Positions 11,683 through 26,109 of a stretch of 64,000 nucleotides of DNA are shown piece after piece. Positions within the stretch are counted from its first letter, which is position 1, and each line of letters opens with the position of its first letter. Source of the DNA: Octopus vulgaris (Eukaryota); NCBI GenBank assembly GCA_951406725.2, contig OX597829.1, positions 55,676,001 through 55,740,000 of the forward strand. The letters run 5' to 3'. Made by a program: the position numbers and the translations under genes. A model generated the notes under the pieces. That model was not told the origin of the DNA, made no database searches, and saw nothing but the letters and a program-made list of their open reading frames with translations.

Positions 11683-12121
11683 TCTATATATATTTATGTA
11701 TGTATATATCTGTGTATGTCCTTATATCTGTTTGTACACCCACCACCGCTTGGCAACCGATGTTGGCGTGTTTATGTCCCCGTAATTTAGCGGTTCGACA
11801 GAAGAGACTAATGGAAAAGGTAATAGGTTTTAAAAGAAAATATTAAGGATGTCCCTGGGGTTGATTTATTCGGCTAGAACCCTTCCAGACCGTGCTCCAG
11901 CATGGCTGCAGTTAAATAACTGAAACAAAAGATAAAAAGATATATATGGTGGGAAGGTCATCTCTTCTCTTACCAAATGAACACACGCACCGTGTATTAA
12001 TCGTTCTTGATTCGTTTATTGTTCTTGTTTTATCTTATTTTCTAAAGTCAATAAACGGCGAATACTTGTTTATAAATTTTCACACGCCACTGTCTCTTAA
12101 TATACGCAGTGTACACACATG

Positions 12122-12191
<70 letters not shown>

Positions 12192-12911
12192 TGGTTTGAT
12201 CGACAAATTGATACATATAATATATGCACGCATACGTACGTACATACATACATGTCTGTGCTTGTATATATTAATGCTTAGGCAAATGTACGTACAAGAA
12301 ACGTGTGTATGTGTATATGTGTGTGTGTGTGTGTGCATGCTCTTGTGTGTATAGATAATCGCTTATGTATGATACATTGTTCGGTATATTTTGAATAAAA
12401 AAATAAATATTGTGGACAATGAGTAATAATGATTTTGTGGTTAATGTCACACACAATTACTTACTACTGGGTACCTTGCAGGTAAACCACAAACAGCACA
12501 CCTGTTTATCGATTAGTTTCCGCGGGAAGTCAACAGGATATAAACACATTAAAAATCAGTGGTCCTTGAATATACACAAAGGACAGTTTTACTTCAGGAA
12601 AAAAAAAAAATGTTAATTATTTGTCTAATCAGACTTTAAAGAAATCAAACTGTATAATTATAGACAAAAGTCTCCTTTCAAAACAGTTTGCTGTTTAAAA
12701 AGAAATAACAGCAATAATTCCAATAAATTTATTTCATTGGAATTTATAGCAAAGAAAGGAAAAAGCATTTCTTTCCTTCTTTCTTTCATTGTTTCCTCTT
12801 TTGTCTTGCCAATGGGGCACAGTATGGTCCACTTTTGTAGGTATACTTTTGCCTAAATATGTCAGTTACTCCCACCAGTTGAGGTTAAAGACAACTCCAC
12901 TCTCATAACCA

Positions 12912-13069
12912 CAGGAGTGGCTGTGTGGTAAGTAGCTTGCTAACCAGCCACATGGTTCCGGGTTCAGTCCCACTGCGTGGCACATTGGGCAAGTGTCTTC
13001 TGCTATAGCCCCGGGCCGACCAATGCCTTGTGAGTGGATTTGGTAGACGGAAACTGAAAGAAGCCTGTC

Positions 13070-13101
<32 letters not shown>

Positions 13102-13324
13102 GTGTGTGTGTCTGTGTTTGTTCCCCTAGGATTGCTTGACAACCGATGCTGGTGTGTTTACGTCCCCGTCACTTAGCGGTTCGGAAAAAGAGACCGATAG
13201 AATAAGTACTGGGCTTACAAAGAATAAGTCCCGGGGTCGATTTGCTCGACTAAAGGCGGTGCTCCAGCATGGCCGCAGTCAAATGACTGAATCAAGTAAA
13301 AAAGTAAAAAAAAAAGTAAAAAGT
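12912..13324 (+). mobile_element. SINE family A, full length
   Basis: tRNA-like head ggagtggctgtgtggtaag...ggttcagtccc, internal (TA)/(TG) tract, 3' aaatgactgaa.caagtaaaa tail. Confidence 0.85.
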
Positions 13325-13908
13325 ATATTTTATACACCCACTAGAAGTAGATTTTTACCAACATTTTTGCATGTACAGCCTCAATTAATGAAAGTTTTTC
13401 AACTTACCACATTACATTTATGAGACCCTACAGTAGTTTGCATTCGGTGCGTGGAACGGTCCCCCGAGATGTTTTATCTCTGCCATATTATTTGATAAAA
13501 TTGGAAAATAAAACATTTGATATAACCTTGACACAATAAATGTACGTACTCTAAAATAGATCGCATTAAAACATTTCCCAGCGGTGATTTCTACTTAAAG
13601 GACATATTTTTGAGTGTAATACGGTGAATCAGTTGGAAATTCTCCAAAGTCATTTTAAATTGCCTCTCCTCGAAGTCATTCTCAAGAATGGTTATTCAGT
13701 TGTCGGATAATGGTTCACAGAAGAGTTTTCATAAGACTGAAACGTGTCATCGTACGTACCATAAATTAGACACACTCCTGAGTGCAAGTCTTCACTTCAT
13801 TTTTTTATCAAGTTCTTCAGAGTTCTTATCCTTGCATACCTAATTGTCATTAACCGATTGTTCTACTTCTTGTTACTAGGTAGCAATTCAACTGATTAAA
13901 ACATTCTT

Positions 13909-14052
<144 letters not shown>

Positions 14053-14065
14053 TCTATCCATCCAT

Positions 14066-14414
14066 CATATAACAATATTGACCAAGGTTACCGTGGTCTT
14101 TTTCGTAGGCTTTTCTTCCCACGGATAAACCTTACTTGCTTTCCTCTTTACACCATACATCATGACACTGTGATACACGATCCCTATTGATCGTTTTTTT
14201 ACCTCTTCCCCCTTTTTCCTCTTTTTTCTTCTTTTTTCATTTTTCTTTTCTTTTGTTCTTTTTCCCTTTTTTCTTTTTTTTTTGTTCTTTTTTCCCTTTT
14301 ACCATCCCTTTTGATCGAAAACCTACGCCACCTTTTTTTTCTCCTCCAAAAGAAAAGCTCTACCTTGTAACTTGTCCCATCTGTGTGCAGCCCTGTGTGG
14401 CCAATAAAGAAACT
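14066..14414 (+). mobile_element. Tx1/L1-like LINE, 3' UTR fragment in (TATC)n
   Basis: Matches the 3' UTR of 39537-40680; ends gccaataaagaaact then (TATC)n. Confidence 0.8.
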
Positions 14415-14462
14415 TATCTATCCATCCATCCATCCATCCATCCATCCATCCATCTATCTATT

Positions 14463-15193
14463 TATCGTCAATATTGTCACGCCTCCTTCCTTCAAACGGG
14501 AAGGAAGAGCTATTTTCATCATCCTTGTGGCTATGGCGAAAGAATGTATCTGGTGGACGCGTCTGAAAGGATTGGAGACAAACACTTTCCTCTCTGGTCA
14601 ACCTCTCATCAACTTCTTCAAGTACCACTTGAAAAGGAAAGTGAGAGTAGAGAGGCAAGTTTTGTCTAGCGAACGTTTTAAAAAAAGATGGGTGAATGTA
14701 GCAAGGATGGCACGTATGAATGACGAAGCCACCTTGAGCATGATCCTATGAACCCAGAAATTGAAAACAGAGAGTTACCCACTTGCAAACAAATGTGGTA
14801 ACATATAAGAATATTGACCAAGGTACCGTGGTCTTTTTCGTAGGCTTTTCTTCACACGGATAAACCTTACTTGCTTTCCCCTTTACACCATACATCATAA
14901 CACTGTGATACACGATCCCAATTGATCGTTTTTTTCCTCTTCCCCCTTTTTTCCCCTTTTTTCTTCTTTTTTTCATTTCTCTTTTCTTTTGTTCCTTTTC
15001 CTTTTTTTTATTTTTTTATTATTTTTTTGTTCTTTTTTTCCCTTTTACGATCCCTTTTGATCGAAAACCTACGCCACCTTTTTCTTTTGTTTCTTTTGTT
15101 TTTTGTTTTTTGGTTTTTTCATCCCCCAAAAGAAAAGCTCTACCTTGTAAATTGTCCCATCTGTGTGCAGCCCTGTGTGGCCAATAAAGAAAC

Positions 15194-15194
<1 letters not shown>
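14463..15194 (+). mobile_element. Tx1/L1-like LINE, 5'-truncated copy in (TATC)n
   Basis: ORF end (AKECIWWTR...FKKRWVNVARM) and 3' UTR nearly identical to 39970-40680. Confidence 0.8.
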
Positions 15195-15278
<84 letters not shown>

Positions 15279-15359
15279 CATCCATCCATCCATCCGTCCG
15301 TCCGTCCGTCCGTCCGTCCGTCCGTCCGTCCGTCCGTCCGTCCGTCCGTCCGTCCGTCC

Positions 15360-15427
<68 letters not shown>

Positions 15428-15430
15428 CTC

Positions 15431-15525
<95 letters not shown>

Positions 15526-17437
15526 GCCTGTCTCTTTGTCTTTCAGTCTATGAAAATTGACCAATGTGAATCAAGTGGACGGCAGAATACCAGGTACAAA
15601 CCCTAACCCTAACCCCAAATCTGTTGCCCTGGATGTACTATGATTTTGTCTAGACGAGAACCATTCTGTTCACTCCGACATTGGTAACTATTATGAGACA
15701 GAGTGTTATAATCTGAATATGCTATAATCCATCCACTTTTTAATCCATTACTGCATCTATTTTGTTGTTACTGACGTTTAGCCCCAGGTCAGCACTAAGT
15801 AAATTTATGATCAAGCACATTTCGGACCTCAACATTTCGTCCTTCTTACGGACATTGAATGTGTAGGATTACATTATGCAATATACTTTTCCCTTTGCAA
15901 GATGGAAGAAAGATTGTTGAAAGATTAAGTGTAATTCAGTATATGTTAAACGACAACATAGTTTAATCCCAACAAAGCCTGTCCTGATCAAGCAGACCTA
16001 TGGCCAAAAGTATCCCTATCTTGACCAGTCCGTCGTTTTAGGGGTATGTGGGTCTTCATTAGCCAATGCATCTATGTTTTTTCTCATGGGGGAAAAGTGT
16101 GACTTGTGGGAGATTTTGCTGCTATTTCTAGTTGGTGAAGAGACAATATGGAAACTGGGTAAAGATGAAGCAGATGAGATAAACTTAGAAAGAAACCGCT
16201 GTTCTACGATTTACCATTAACAGTAAAACATCTCAACACAATGTCTGGAACAAGAGATTTTAATGATGCTGTGGCTAATTCTGTGTAATACCCCTTACTC
16301 TTGGCACACGGTTTATGTGAATGCTCTAAGTATGTGAATTTAGCTGCTGTTTCTATGAAGAGTTGAGACCACAGAGAGTTTTTGTCAGTGTACAAGTAAG
16401 TGTTGCCATGGTGTGATACTACACTGCTTGAGTTTTTGTTGGGTTTCAGAATCATCAATACTTTTTTTTTTTTCACTAAACTTCCAGATTCTCTTAATTT
16501 GAAACTGTTGGTACGAGCTGTAGAAGCTTTTGTAGTTTTTGTCCAACCCTCGGCGAATACTGAAGGAGTAAGATCTATGATCAAAGGCATTCCACCGAAG
16601 ATCACCTGGGGGAATGGACAGCTGTATTATTTAATGCATTCTACAATACGGTGTAGTTTGAGGAAGAATTGGCTTCTATTTTAGGCTGTCAAGCAGCCAC
16701 GTAGAAGTCACTTATTGGTTCCTAGTAACAGTAGTTACAGAGGTTGGTGAGATCAGGGACTTCTTTGGTCCCTTGCTGTTTTAACTATATGCATTTGGTA
16801 TTTTGTAGCTCAGTGATTTTTGAGATTTTGAACTTCTACATGACCGTTTGGATGTCTGAGAGTAAGGCAGGATCTAAATCTTCGTCGCAGTGGAATTAGA
16901 TTTGCGTTCTTGACTTATTTGTGTGGTTCTTTGACGGTCAATTTTTTGAGAAATGTGTGAGAAATGTGCGTTTACTTGTTGGTGTGTGGGTATATGATGT
17001 GATGTTCTTGTCACGTTATGTGCGGTGTGTCCAATGTTGATAATGAGGAAGATGACAGTGATGATGATGATGATGCGGAGGGGGAGGAAGATAAGGATGA
17101 TGAGGAGAAGGAGGAGGAGGAAGAGAAGGAAGGGGAGGATACCTACATTGTATTTGACAGTTATTTTGTGATGCATATGTTTGCAATTTATTTATTTTTA
17201 CTATTATCTGTAATTTGTTACAATTAATTTCAACATTTTTATTTGTTGCGGTTGTTTAGTCCCGCGAAGATCCGATCGAACAGACCTACAATTAAATTGC
17301 AGTTTCGAAAAAATGCAATTTATCTTTTCGGGTTCATATTATCAAAGGCACCCTTCTTGTCTAATACGTTAGAGTTGGATTTGAGAAAGACTGCCAAGCA
17401 TGTCGCTCGACCTTGAATTCACCCTGTGTGTGTGTGC

Positions 17438-17484
<47 letters not shown>

Positions 17485-17938
17485 TGGTGTAGGTGTGTTG
17501 CCTTTGAGATTGTTCCTAGCTTTTATGATGTCGGACGGACATTTCAGCTGCGTAACTAAACATGTATTTTCTTTTCTATATTGCTTTGGGAAATATGGTT
17601 TTTGTTTGGTTGTGTCTTTAATTACTTTTTGCTGAACGTATTTCCTGCTGTATCTGCGTTTGGAATTCTGCTATTGTAAAACTCTTCTGACCTTCATTCA
17701 GTTTCCTGATGGAATTGGTTCGACTGAGTTCCTTGAAGTTTATGAATATTTTTGATTTGTTCATTGCTGTATTGAGGATTGACGAGTCGTCAGAAAAGAG
17801 TTGTGTGACAGCCATACGACTGTGGCAGCGAAGCATACAGAGCAGAAGGTGGTCTTCAGGGAAGAATTATTGCAGTTAACTGGGAGAGATGTGTGCGCGC
17901 GCGTATATGTGTGAGAGTATGTAGGCGCGCGTGCATGT

Positions 17939-17981
<43 letters not shown>

Positions 17982-17998
17982 TATTCTTGTTTTTATTC

Positions 17999-18352
17999 TT
18001 TTGTTTCAGCCATTTGACTGCAGCTGTGCTGGAGAACCGTCTTTAGTCAAGCAAATCGAATCCAGGACTTATTCTTTGTAAGCCTAGTACTTATTCTATC
18101 GATCTAATTTGCCGAACTGCTAAGTTACGAAGACGTAAACACAGCATCGACTGTCAAGCGATGTTCAGGAACAAACACACACACACGCACACATATATAT
18201 ACGACAGGCTTCTTTCAGTTTCCATCTACCAAATCCACTCACAAGGCTTTGGTCGGCCCGAGGCAATAGTAGAAGACACTTGCCCAAGGTGCCACGCAGT
18301 GCGACTGAATCCAGAACCATGTGGTTGATAAGCAAGCTTCTTACCATTAGCC
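17999..18352 (-). mobile_element. SINE family A (a second partial copy follows at about 18380-18520)
   Basis: Reverse complement of the family consensus seen at 12912-13324. Confidence 0.8.
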
Positions 18353-19654
18353 ATTCTTTCGGGGCGATGGATATATATATTTTTACTTGATTCAGTCATT
18401 TGACTGAGGCCAGGCGGGAGGCATCACGTCGAAGGGTTTTAGTCGAGAAAATCAACCCCTGAACTTATTCATTTTAAACCTGGTACTTATTCAATCGCTC
18501 TCTTTTTCCCGAACCGCTTGCAATTGTAAAACTCAGTCATAAAGCAAATATTCCAGCAATTTATAAAACTTTGGTTGGGATATAATTGAATTTTGGAATA
18601 AATAATTATTTGAGTGTTCCTATTTCTCTTGTTAATATCCATTTATTGTTTGGAATAATAATTCTAACATTTGTTTTCTAATTCTCTTAAAGCATGTTTA
18701 CAAAAATCATATTAGTCGACTTTTTGTACAAGTTCAAGCCCAACAGGTGACAGAAATTATTGGTGCAGCAATTTACAGGTATGAACTACATAACAAGGAA
18801 GACGAAGAGAAAGAGAAATGTCTTTCGCTTATCATATTTACATGTGCATTTCACCATATGCAATATCTTTGCAATAAGGAACCAACATATGAAGTGTTTG
18901 CTTAGTTGAGACTTTCTGCAAAAAGCTTACCTGAAAATGCATCAACATCTGCAAAACTTGACAAAATTGATAATCTGTAAAGCAGCTCGATTGGAATCGC
19001 TAACAACTGCCTGTGTAGTATATTCTGTCGAATGCGTGACTTGTAAACAAGATTTACATAGTTTTACATAATGCATGTATGTTACTATCGCTCGTTAGTT
19101 ACATACATTTACATACACGCATTAAAGAGCGCATGAACATAAAAGCTTTAGCTGTACAGTGACATGACAGGCCAGAGTAAGAAAATTATAGTTTCTATCA
19201 AGTATTTCGATAGAAACATCAGTAACTTGTGCATTAAATAATTTATCATCATAAGGCACTCACAAATCAACAACCATTAAAAGCTTCTTCGCTATGAAAA
19301 ATTGATTGTCTGATATGGACGTCATAATTGTATGATTTGAATTCATGAGTTCTCACGTGTCATGGCGGTTTTTCTCTTGTTTACTATCAACGTTTCATCC
19401 TGAACTTTTTTCTGTTCACGATTCTTGCTTATTAAAAATCGCAGCATTGAATAAATCGATATTACCTTTATTCTGTTTTGTTTAGTCGATTTCACTACAT
19501 TTTGATAAACTCTTAGATCTTACTTTAGTGAAGAAAAGAAGAATCCGTTTAGAGTGATGATTCAAATGATTCTTTGAGTAAAACTGAGTCAAATCTTTTT
19601 ATTTCTTTAAAAAATATAAATAGTTGCTGAAGAATTAATTTTAGTGAAGGCGAA

Positions 19655-19875
19655 GACGGCGAGCTGGCTAGAGAATGGTTATCACGCCAGTTAAAATGCT
19701 TAGCGACATTTGGTCCGGCCTTACGTTTAGAGTTCAAATTCCACCGAGGTCGACTTTGCCTTTCATCCTTTCGAAATCGATAAAATACAAGTTGAGCACT
19801 GTGGTCGATGTAATCGACTTACATCGCCCCACCCCCACGAAATTTCTGGTCTGGTGCCAAACTTTAAGACCAATA
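19655..19875 (+). mobile_element. tRNA-derived SINE family B (Meta/MESC-domain-like core)
   Basis: ggcgagctgg..gaa...gttcaaattcc.ccgaggtcgactttgcctttcatcctttcg core shared with about 9 copies. Confidence 0.75.
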
Positions 19876-20462
19876 CTAGTAAAGTGTTATTCCGACCTAA
19901 TTATCATTTGATGCAAAACAAAATACTTTTTAATGGAGACTGTTTTTCTGGATGCGATATTTCTAAATATACTTTTACAGCTAAATATATTGACTATTTT
20001 CACTCACCTTAGATATATTTTATTTTATATTAACAACACCAAAATATTTCGTCAGGTATTTACAGTGTGGTCAATAATAATCTCTGGCGTTGTATCTGCT
20101 ATATGAGTAAAAAAGAAGAAAGAATTCTTACCAACTAAGAAGAATATTCTTTACTAAGAACATTTAATAAGGCTGAAACATGTGTTACATTCCCCAGCTG
20201 GTTTTAAATATAAGATCCATTTTCATGCTGGACTTTTTTCATATTCTTCAAAAGTTTTAATTGTTCTTATTGGAATTACCTTCCTTGCTTGTGAGTTTTA
20301 AGCACTACTAAAGTTTTTTGTTTACTAATTGAACCGTAATCTTAGCTAATCGAAGTTTTACCAATCAAAATATTCCAGAATATCGAAGGTGGCGAGCTGG
20401 AGGAATTGTTAGAATGCTGGGCAAAATGCTTCGACTTACCCTGAAATTGTACCAACGATTTA

Positions 20463-20872
20463 AAACCGTGTGCCAAGAGTAAGGGGTATTACACAGAATT
20501 AGCCACAGCATCATTAAAATCTCTTGTTCCAGACATTGTGTTGAGATGTTTTACTGTTAATGGTAAATTGTAGAACAGCGGTTTCTTTCTAAGTTTATCT
20601 CATCTGCTTCATCTTTAGCCAGTTTCCATATTGTCTCTTCACCTACTAGAAATAGCAGCAAAATCTCCCACAAGTCACACTTTTCCCCCATGAGAAAAAA
20701 CATGGATGCATTGGCTAATGAAGACCCACATACCCCTAAAACGACGGACTGGTCAAGATAGGGATACTTTTGGCCATAGGTCTGCTTGAACAGGACAGGC
20801 TTGGTTGGGATTAAACTATGTTATCGTTTAACATGTACTGAATTACACTTAATCTTTCGACAATCTTCCTTC
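20463..20872 (-). repeat. 410-bp inverted copy of 15905-16314 flanked by a 38-39-bp direct repeat
   Basis: Reverse-complement match to the source; flanks cttcgacttaccctgaaattgta.caacg.tttaaaacc at 20429-20467 and 20869-20906. Confidence 0.9.
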
Positions 20873-21669
20873 GACTTACCCTGAAATTGTATCAACGTTT
20901 AAAACCAATATATTTCAAAACATGATTTCAGATCAAATTACACGAACACATGTACAAAGAAGAAAATAGTAAATAATTTTCAGAATTATTTCCATTTCAT
21001 TTCAGGAATATATATATCTTATATAGGTAAAATTTTGCTGAGATGAGATGAAATGAGGGAAATTTTTGAAATATTAGACAGTACATTCCTTGCCGTAATT
21101 TATACAACCAAACTCTTCTCTGAATTCCTCTTTCCATTGATTTGTTCCTTCTGATGTTGGCCATAATCAGTTTCTTGTGAATCCGAATCTTACATTAAAT
21201 AATGAGAGCATGAGTTCAAACAGTCTTGTGATGTTAAAGCGATTTCCTTTAAGAATTGTATGAATGAATGGTTAAAAATGTTAGCTTTCCAATCATGAGG
21301 TTCTGGATTCGATTCTAGAGTGTGGCATCTCGAATCTTGGCCAACTCAAATCTTTGTTAATGAAACTAGGTGGACAGAACAGAAACTTGGACAGAACGAT
21401 GTAACTTTATCATATGTGCCATGCTGATAGTATTTGAGCGTTACTTCAGACATACACAAATCTATAGAATGCTTAACCACTTATCGATGATTCGATGAGC
21501 AGTTAGTACAGTTGATTGAATTACTGAATACTCATCTTCGAAATCAATGGAAACCCATCACTTATAGAGGCAGCAGCTACAGATTTTCAGAGGCCACTTC
21601 GATTAATGAGTTTAATGTAGTTATGTTCAACTGGCTGAAACAGAAAGAGAAACTTGAATAACGAGTAGC

Positions 21670-21718
21670 ATGGCGGGTGATGCGCAGTAAGTGAGCGCGG
21701 AAGTGACGTCAGGTAAGG
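21670..21718 (+). promoter_or_regulatory. Promoter-like motif cluster (YY1-like, NRF1 half-site, overlapping ETS-CRE) followed by a splice-donor-like site
   Basis: atggcgg 21670, tgcgca 21681, gcggaagtgacgtca 21697-21711 and ag|gtaagg in a locally CpG-rich patch. Confidence 0.45.
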
Positions 21719-23339
21719 AAGTAGGAGATTTGAAAGGTATCTTTCTTTTTAGACAGGCTGCCGGTGAAACTGGAGATGAGGACGGGGTCATCCAGTATTC
21801 TTCTAGCTTTTAACCTGCAGTTTAGGGTTGAGAATGTCTCTCGGTCGCATAGAAAGTTCTAGTCAGCGGTTGAGAAATTCTTCTCGGTCGTTTACAAAAA
21901 AAAAAAAAAAAAACCGAAAATAATGTCGGAGGGTTGCAGTTGGGAGTAGATATCGATTATTAAAACATTGAATGAGAGATTTGTCTCACAGGACGAGACG
22001 AGTGCGATCCATGTCGTTTGGCAGTAACATTAACCTGCTAAGTAGTAAAATTGAACATATATGTGACTAATAGGGTGTAATGTGGATCTAACTAAGCATT
22101 GTAGCAGATTAAAAACTGATCAAGGTTGAAATACTTTTTAACCCTGAAGAAAAAGGTGTAGTCTTTGGGTTGCAGTTTTCTTTGAAATGTATGTTATGTC
22201 GGTATAAAAGACGAAGGAACTGTGAAGCCTAATATTTTGGTTCGACCAGTGAAGTTTTATCTGTTAAGAGTAAAAACTATAAGCATTCTTCTTTCTTTGA
22301 TATATATAGAGAGATAGTGTCATGATGTTGAAAGAAATGAACTTGATTCCTAGGTCTCTGCTCAAATAAGCAACGTTAGTCTGGCTCGGGGTTATTTAAG
22401 CTGTGTGGAGGTGATGACGGTCTACAGAAAGTTAAAATGTAATGAAGGATAGAATGATCTGCAAAGCAATGAGTGTCAAGTTGATGAAAAGACGGAAGAG
22501 AGTAAATTATATTCAAGGGATGAATGTGGGAAAAATAACCAAAACCTTAAGATATACTAATGTTGATAAGCTGAAAGCCCTAGCGCTCTCTCTGTCTGTT
22601 TGTCTCTCTCTGATGGGGAGTTATGAAATGAATCTGATCCAAATGATGATACTCACGAGACTTCATGCTAAACATGTCCGAAAAGAAGCTCCGAACATCT
22701 GGCTGACTTGAAATAACAGAGCGTTTAGTTATAGGGTTGCAGGATATCGGTATCGGGTTCCATAGACAGAGGATGGGTTACTTTTTTAAACACTGCTTAG
22801 ATAATCCAATAAGGAAGATGGCTTCTTTTTTTGTTTAGCAAAGAGGTTACCCAGGCTTATGAGATGGTTTCTCAACCTGGAATACTGTTCACGTAATTGG
22901 TATTATTCTTGTTATTTAGTCCTACATCGGCCCTCATTGAAGTTCTTGTGACCAAACGTTTTCCAGCCATCACCAGCAGATGTTTTGTATGTCTAGAACT
23001 ACATTTCATTGTGAAACTGTTCTTTTGTTAACGACAGGTTGTTATGTGGTGGTGGTTCTGCTGCTATACCTAGCGAGTCGATTAACCGCAGCGGAGTTCC
23101 TTCGTTGGCTTGTCGCGATTGGTAAGGATCTGAGAGGTATGCGAATGCAAGGAGCTGTTACCTATTACGATGTTCAGAGCGAAAGACGCTGAGATAGAAT
23201 TTTCAATGAAGAATAAATGTTAGACATAAGAAATGTAATTATTTAAATAAATGCAATTTTATTTACCTGTTGCTTGAAAAGAAGTGTTGATTTGTGTACA
23301 AAAATAGAAAGGTGCAAAAGAAGAAATAACGTTTAAATG

Positions 23340-23700
23340 TGGAGGCGCAATGGCCAGTGGTCAGGGCAGCAGACTCGCAGTCGTAGGATCGCGGTTTCGA
23401 TTCGCAGTCCGGGCGTTGTGAGTGTTTATTGAGCGAAAACACCTAAAGCTCTACGAGGCTCCGGCAGGGGATGGTAGCGAACCCTGCTCTACTTTTTCAC
23501 CACACATTCCTCTCACTCTTTCTTCATGTTTCTATTGTAACTGTATTTCAAAGGGCCAGCCTTTTCACACTGTGTCTCGCTAAATCTCCTCGAGAACTAC
23601 GTTAAGGGTACACATTTCTGTGGAGTACTCAGCCATTTGTACGTTAATTTCATGAGCAAGCTGTTCCGTTGATCGGATCAAATGGAACCCTCGTCATTGA
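23340..23700 (+). mobile_element. tRNA-derived SINE family C
   Basis: A/B-box head tggaggcgcaatggccagtgg...gtttcgattc; related to 56624-56932 and 57533-57830. Confidence 0.75.
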
Positions 23701-25475
23701 TTATGCCACGATATGATTAAATATAATGATTTCGTACTTAATCACAAGTGTACATAATTAAAATACAATGATGTAGTCGAATGAACAAATAAACTCTCAG
23801 TATATTACTGGTATTATTTTAATGAACCGGCAGAATCGCAAATTCGGAAAAATGTTTTTCAGTGTTTCTTCCGGCTTTTTTTTACATTCTGAGTTCAAAT
23901 AACGCCAAGGTTAACTTTGCCTTTCATCCTTTCGAGATCGATAAAATAGAGCCCCTGTCAAGCATTGTGGCCGATGTAATCGATAACGCTCATCAGAATT
24001 GCCGACCTTGTGCCAAAATCAGAAACCATTATTAATTCATGAACGTAAGAGGGATTTAACTAAATTCTGCAAGTTGTTTGAGAGAAAGTGTTGTTGTTTG
24101 GAAAGAGCGGAAGGCCAAATTCAAAGGAGGGTCAGACTTACATTCACTTCTTACCAAGTAGAGGTTTCTCCGTTAAAGATATCATAATTTACTTTCACCT
24201 ATCAGAGACAAATGAATCGTAATGTAGAAAAAAACATGGAGATATACAAGAAATGTATGTCCAGTTTGACTAGTATTTGAGGTTTGTGTTTCTTGTTGTG
24301 GACGAAAGATTTAAGAAATGACCAGAATTAGGCTTAGCGAGGGTGAAATGTAAGTCAAAAAATATAGAAAGACAGAATAACACTCGATAATATGTTACTC
24401 TTTTACGCTGTCACACCTATAAATGTTTATCAGCTCAGACCCTTTGCATCTCTCGGTAATCCGGAATTTGGCATATACTGATAAGACCATGTTTCACCAA
24501 GGAGGTTCAACAACACTGATTTGTTACTATAGCTAGAATTATTAACGTACTAATCAAAAGTCAGCCCTACTCCCAATTGGATGCTCACATTCAATTATTG
24601 AGCATTCCGTTTAGTAACCAAAGTATCACATAACGAAAATATCAGGCAATGAAAGTATTTCGTAATTTCATATATCGCCAATATTTTACTGCCGAATATA
24701 GAAGTTTTCCCTCTTTTTTTTTTTTATCTAGAACTAAATGTTCAAAATTTGCCAGTTCATTACCGAGTACAGATATTCATAAATCCTCGTGGCTATAGTT
24801 TGTGACGATGAGAATATGGATGCAGGATCGATTATAGCGTGAGAAAGTCTTTGACTTAGATTTTCACCAAAAGTAAGAGATATTCTGACCATAATTCGTA
24901 TAATTACGTGTTACCTCTGAAATATTTGAAGGTCTTGTGTATATACATGTATATTATAGTATTCTTAGGGATGAATGCGCATATTTGAAGCTAAATTAAA
25001 AGTTCAAAAGGTTGCGAAACGATCACTACGAACACTCCTCATGGACTCTTCTTCCGTAGACTCGGAGCATAAATCCAGGATAAAGCCTTATTGTTTATCC
25101 GGTCCCCAGAACTTATTCCATCATGGAAATACACAATAGCACCAAAACTAGAATTATTCTGCATCTCTTGTAATTCACCAATACACACACATCGCCAACT
25201 TCCCCAACTACAATAACTACGTCAGGGTAGTCAAGAGGGTGGGGTGGCATCTGGGCTGGAATGACCAGGTGGAGGGGGTTAGTGTAGATCCACCTAGACA
25301 CGAAGGAAGAAAAGTTATTTGTCGGTAGAACAAATGTGGAGGTGGAAGGTCAATCAGTTCCGGAGCAGAGGCCATTGTGGGATCAGTAAAGAAAACGTCT
25401 GCAGGTCAGCGGTGGGAGCATGTTGAACGTCTTAAAACATGTAAGTATAAATTGAATGATGTTGACATAGATATA

Positions 25476-25719
25476 CAGGGTGTTCATAAATTACCTTTAC
25501 AATGAAAAAAAAAAATACACATAAAATGAAAAATAAGGATAATTCAGCAGAATTTATTGGAAAACGTTAGCAAAAAAAAAAATAATAATAAATATGCGAA
25601 ATATCAAAACACTTCTGCATAGGTTCTATTGGTTGCAAAGAGGTTGATAGATGGATCTCAACTTAAATAGATTCAATAATGAATACTGGAAGTTGTAATG
25701 ATAATTTATGAACATTCTG
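25476..25719. mobile_element. Tc1/mariner-type MITE
   Basis: TIRs cagggtgttcataaatta / taatttatgaacattctg, with TA on both sides. Confidence 0.7.
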
Positions 25720-26042
25720 TACATAAAAACGAGTGGTCACTACCAAAACCTGTTTGATCAGAAGCTAGCTTGATGAGAAATGACATAAAACACTAAAACA
25801 ACAGCAGCCTCATTGATACTGCAGCAGCACGGATATTCAATCAAATAATGTGGCCTCCAAAGGGAATCATTGCATTCACCAACAATGTTAATTACTCATA
25901 TCAAGTCTGCTTAATTGAAAAATTAGTTTTAAAGACTAACAAAAAAAAAAGCTTAAGTGAAGAAGTATTACGCAGGTTCAAATCATTCTCAACTACGAGG
26001 ACGACGATTGACACACTTTAAACATAAAGAATTAAGTAATAA

Positions 26043-26109
<67 letters not shown>

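Noticed and set aside
15600-15616. Telomeric CCCTAA repeats (also about 3208 and 26337)
   Set aside because: Only 2-3 units, probably internal to small repeats; no evidence of a telomere or fusion site.
17018-17227. Acidic Asp/Glu-rich ORF
   Set aside because: Degenerate (GAT)/(GAG) low-complexity tract with no splice or domain support.
17618-17881. Possible minus-strand exon or ORF (MLRCHSRMAV...)
   Set aside because: An acceptor-like site exists, but there is no recognisable product or clear donor; it could be a TE remnant.
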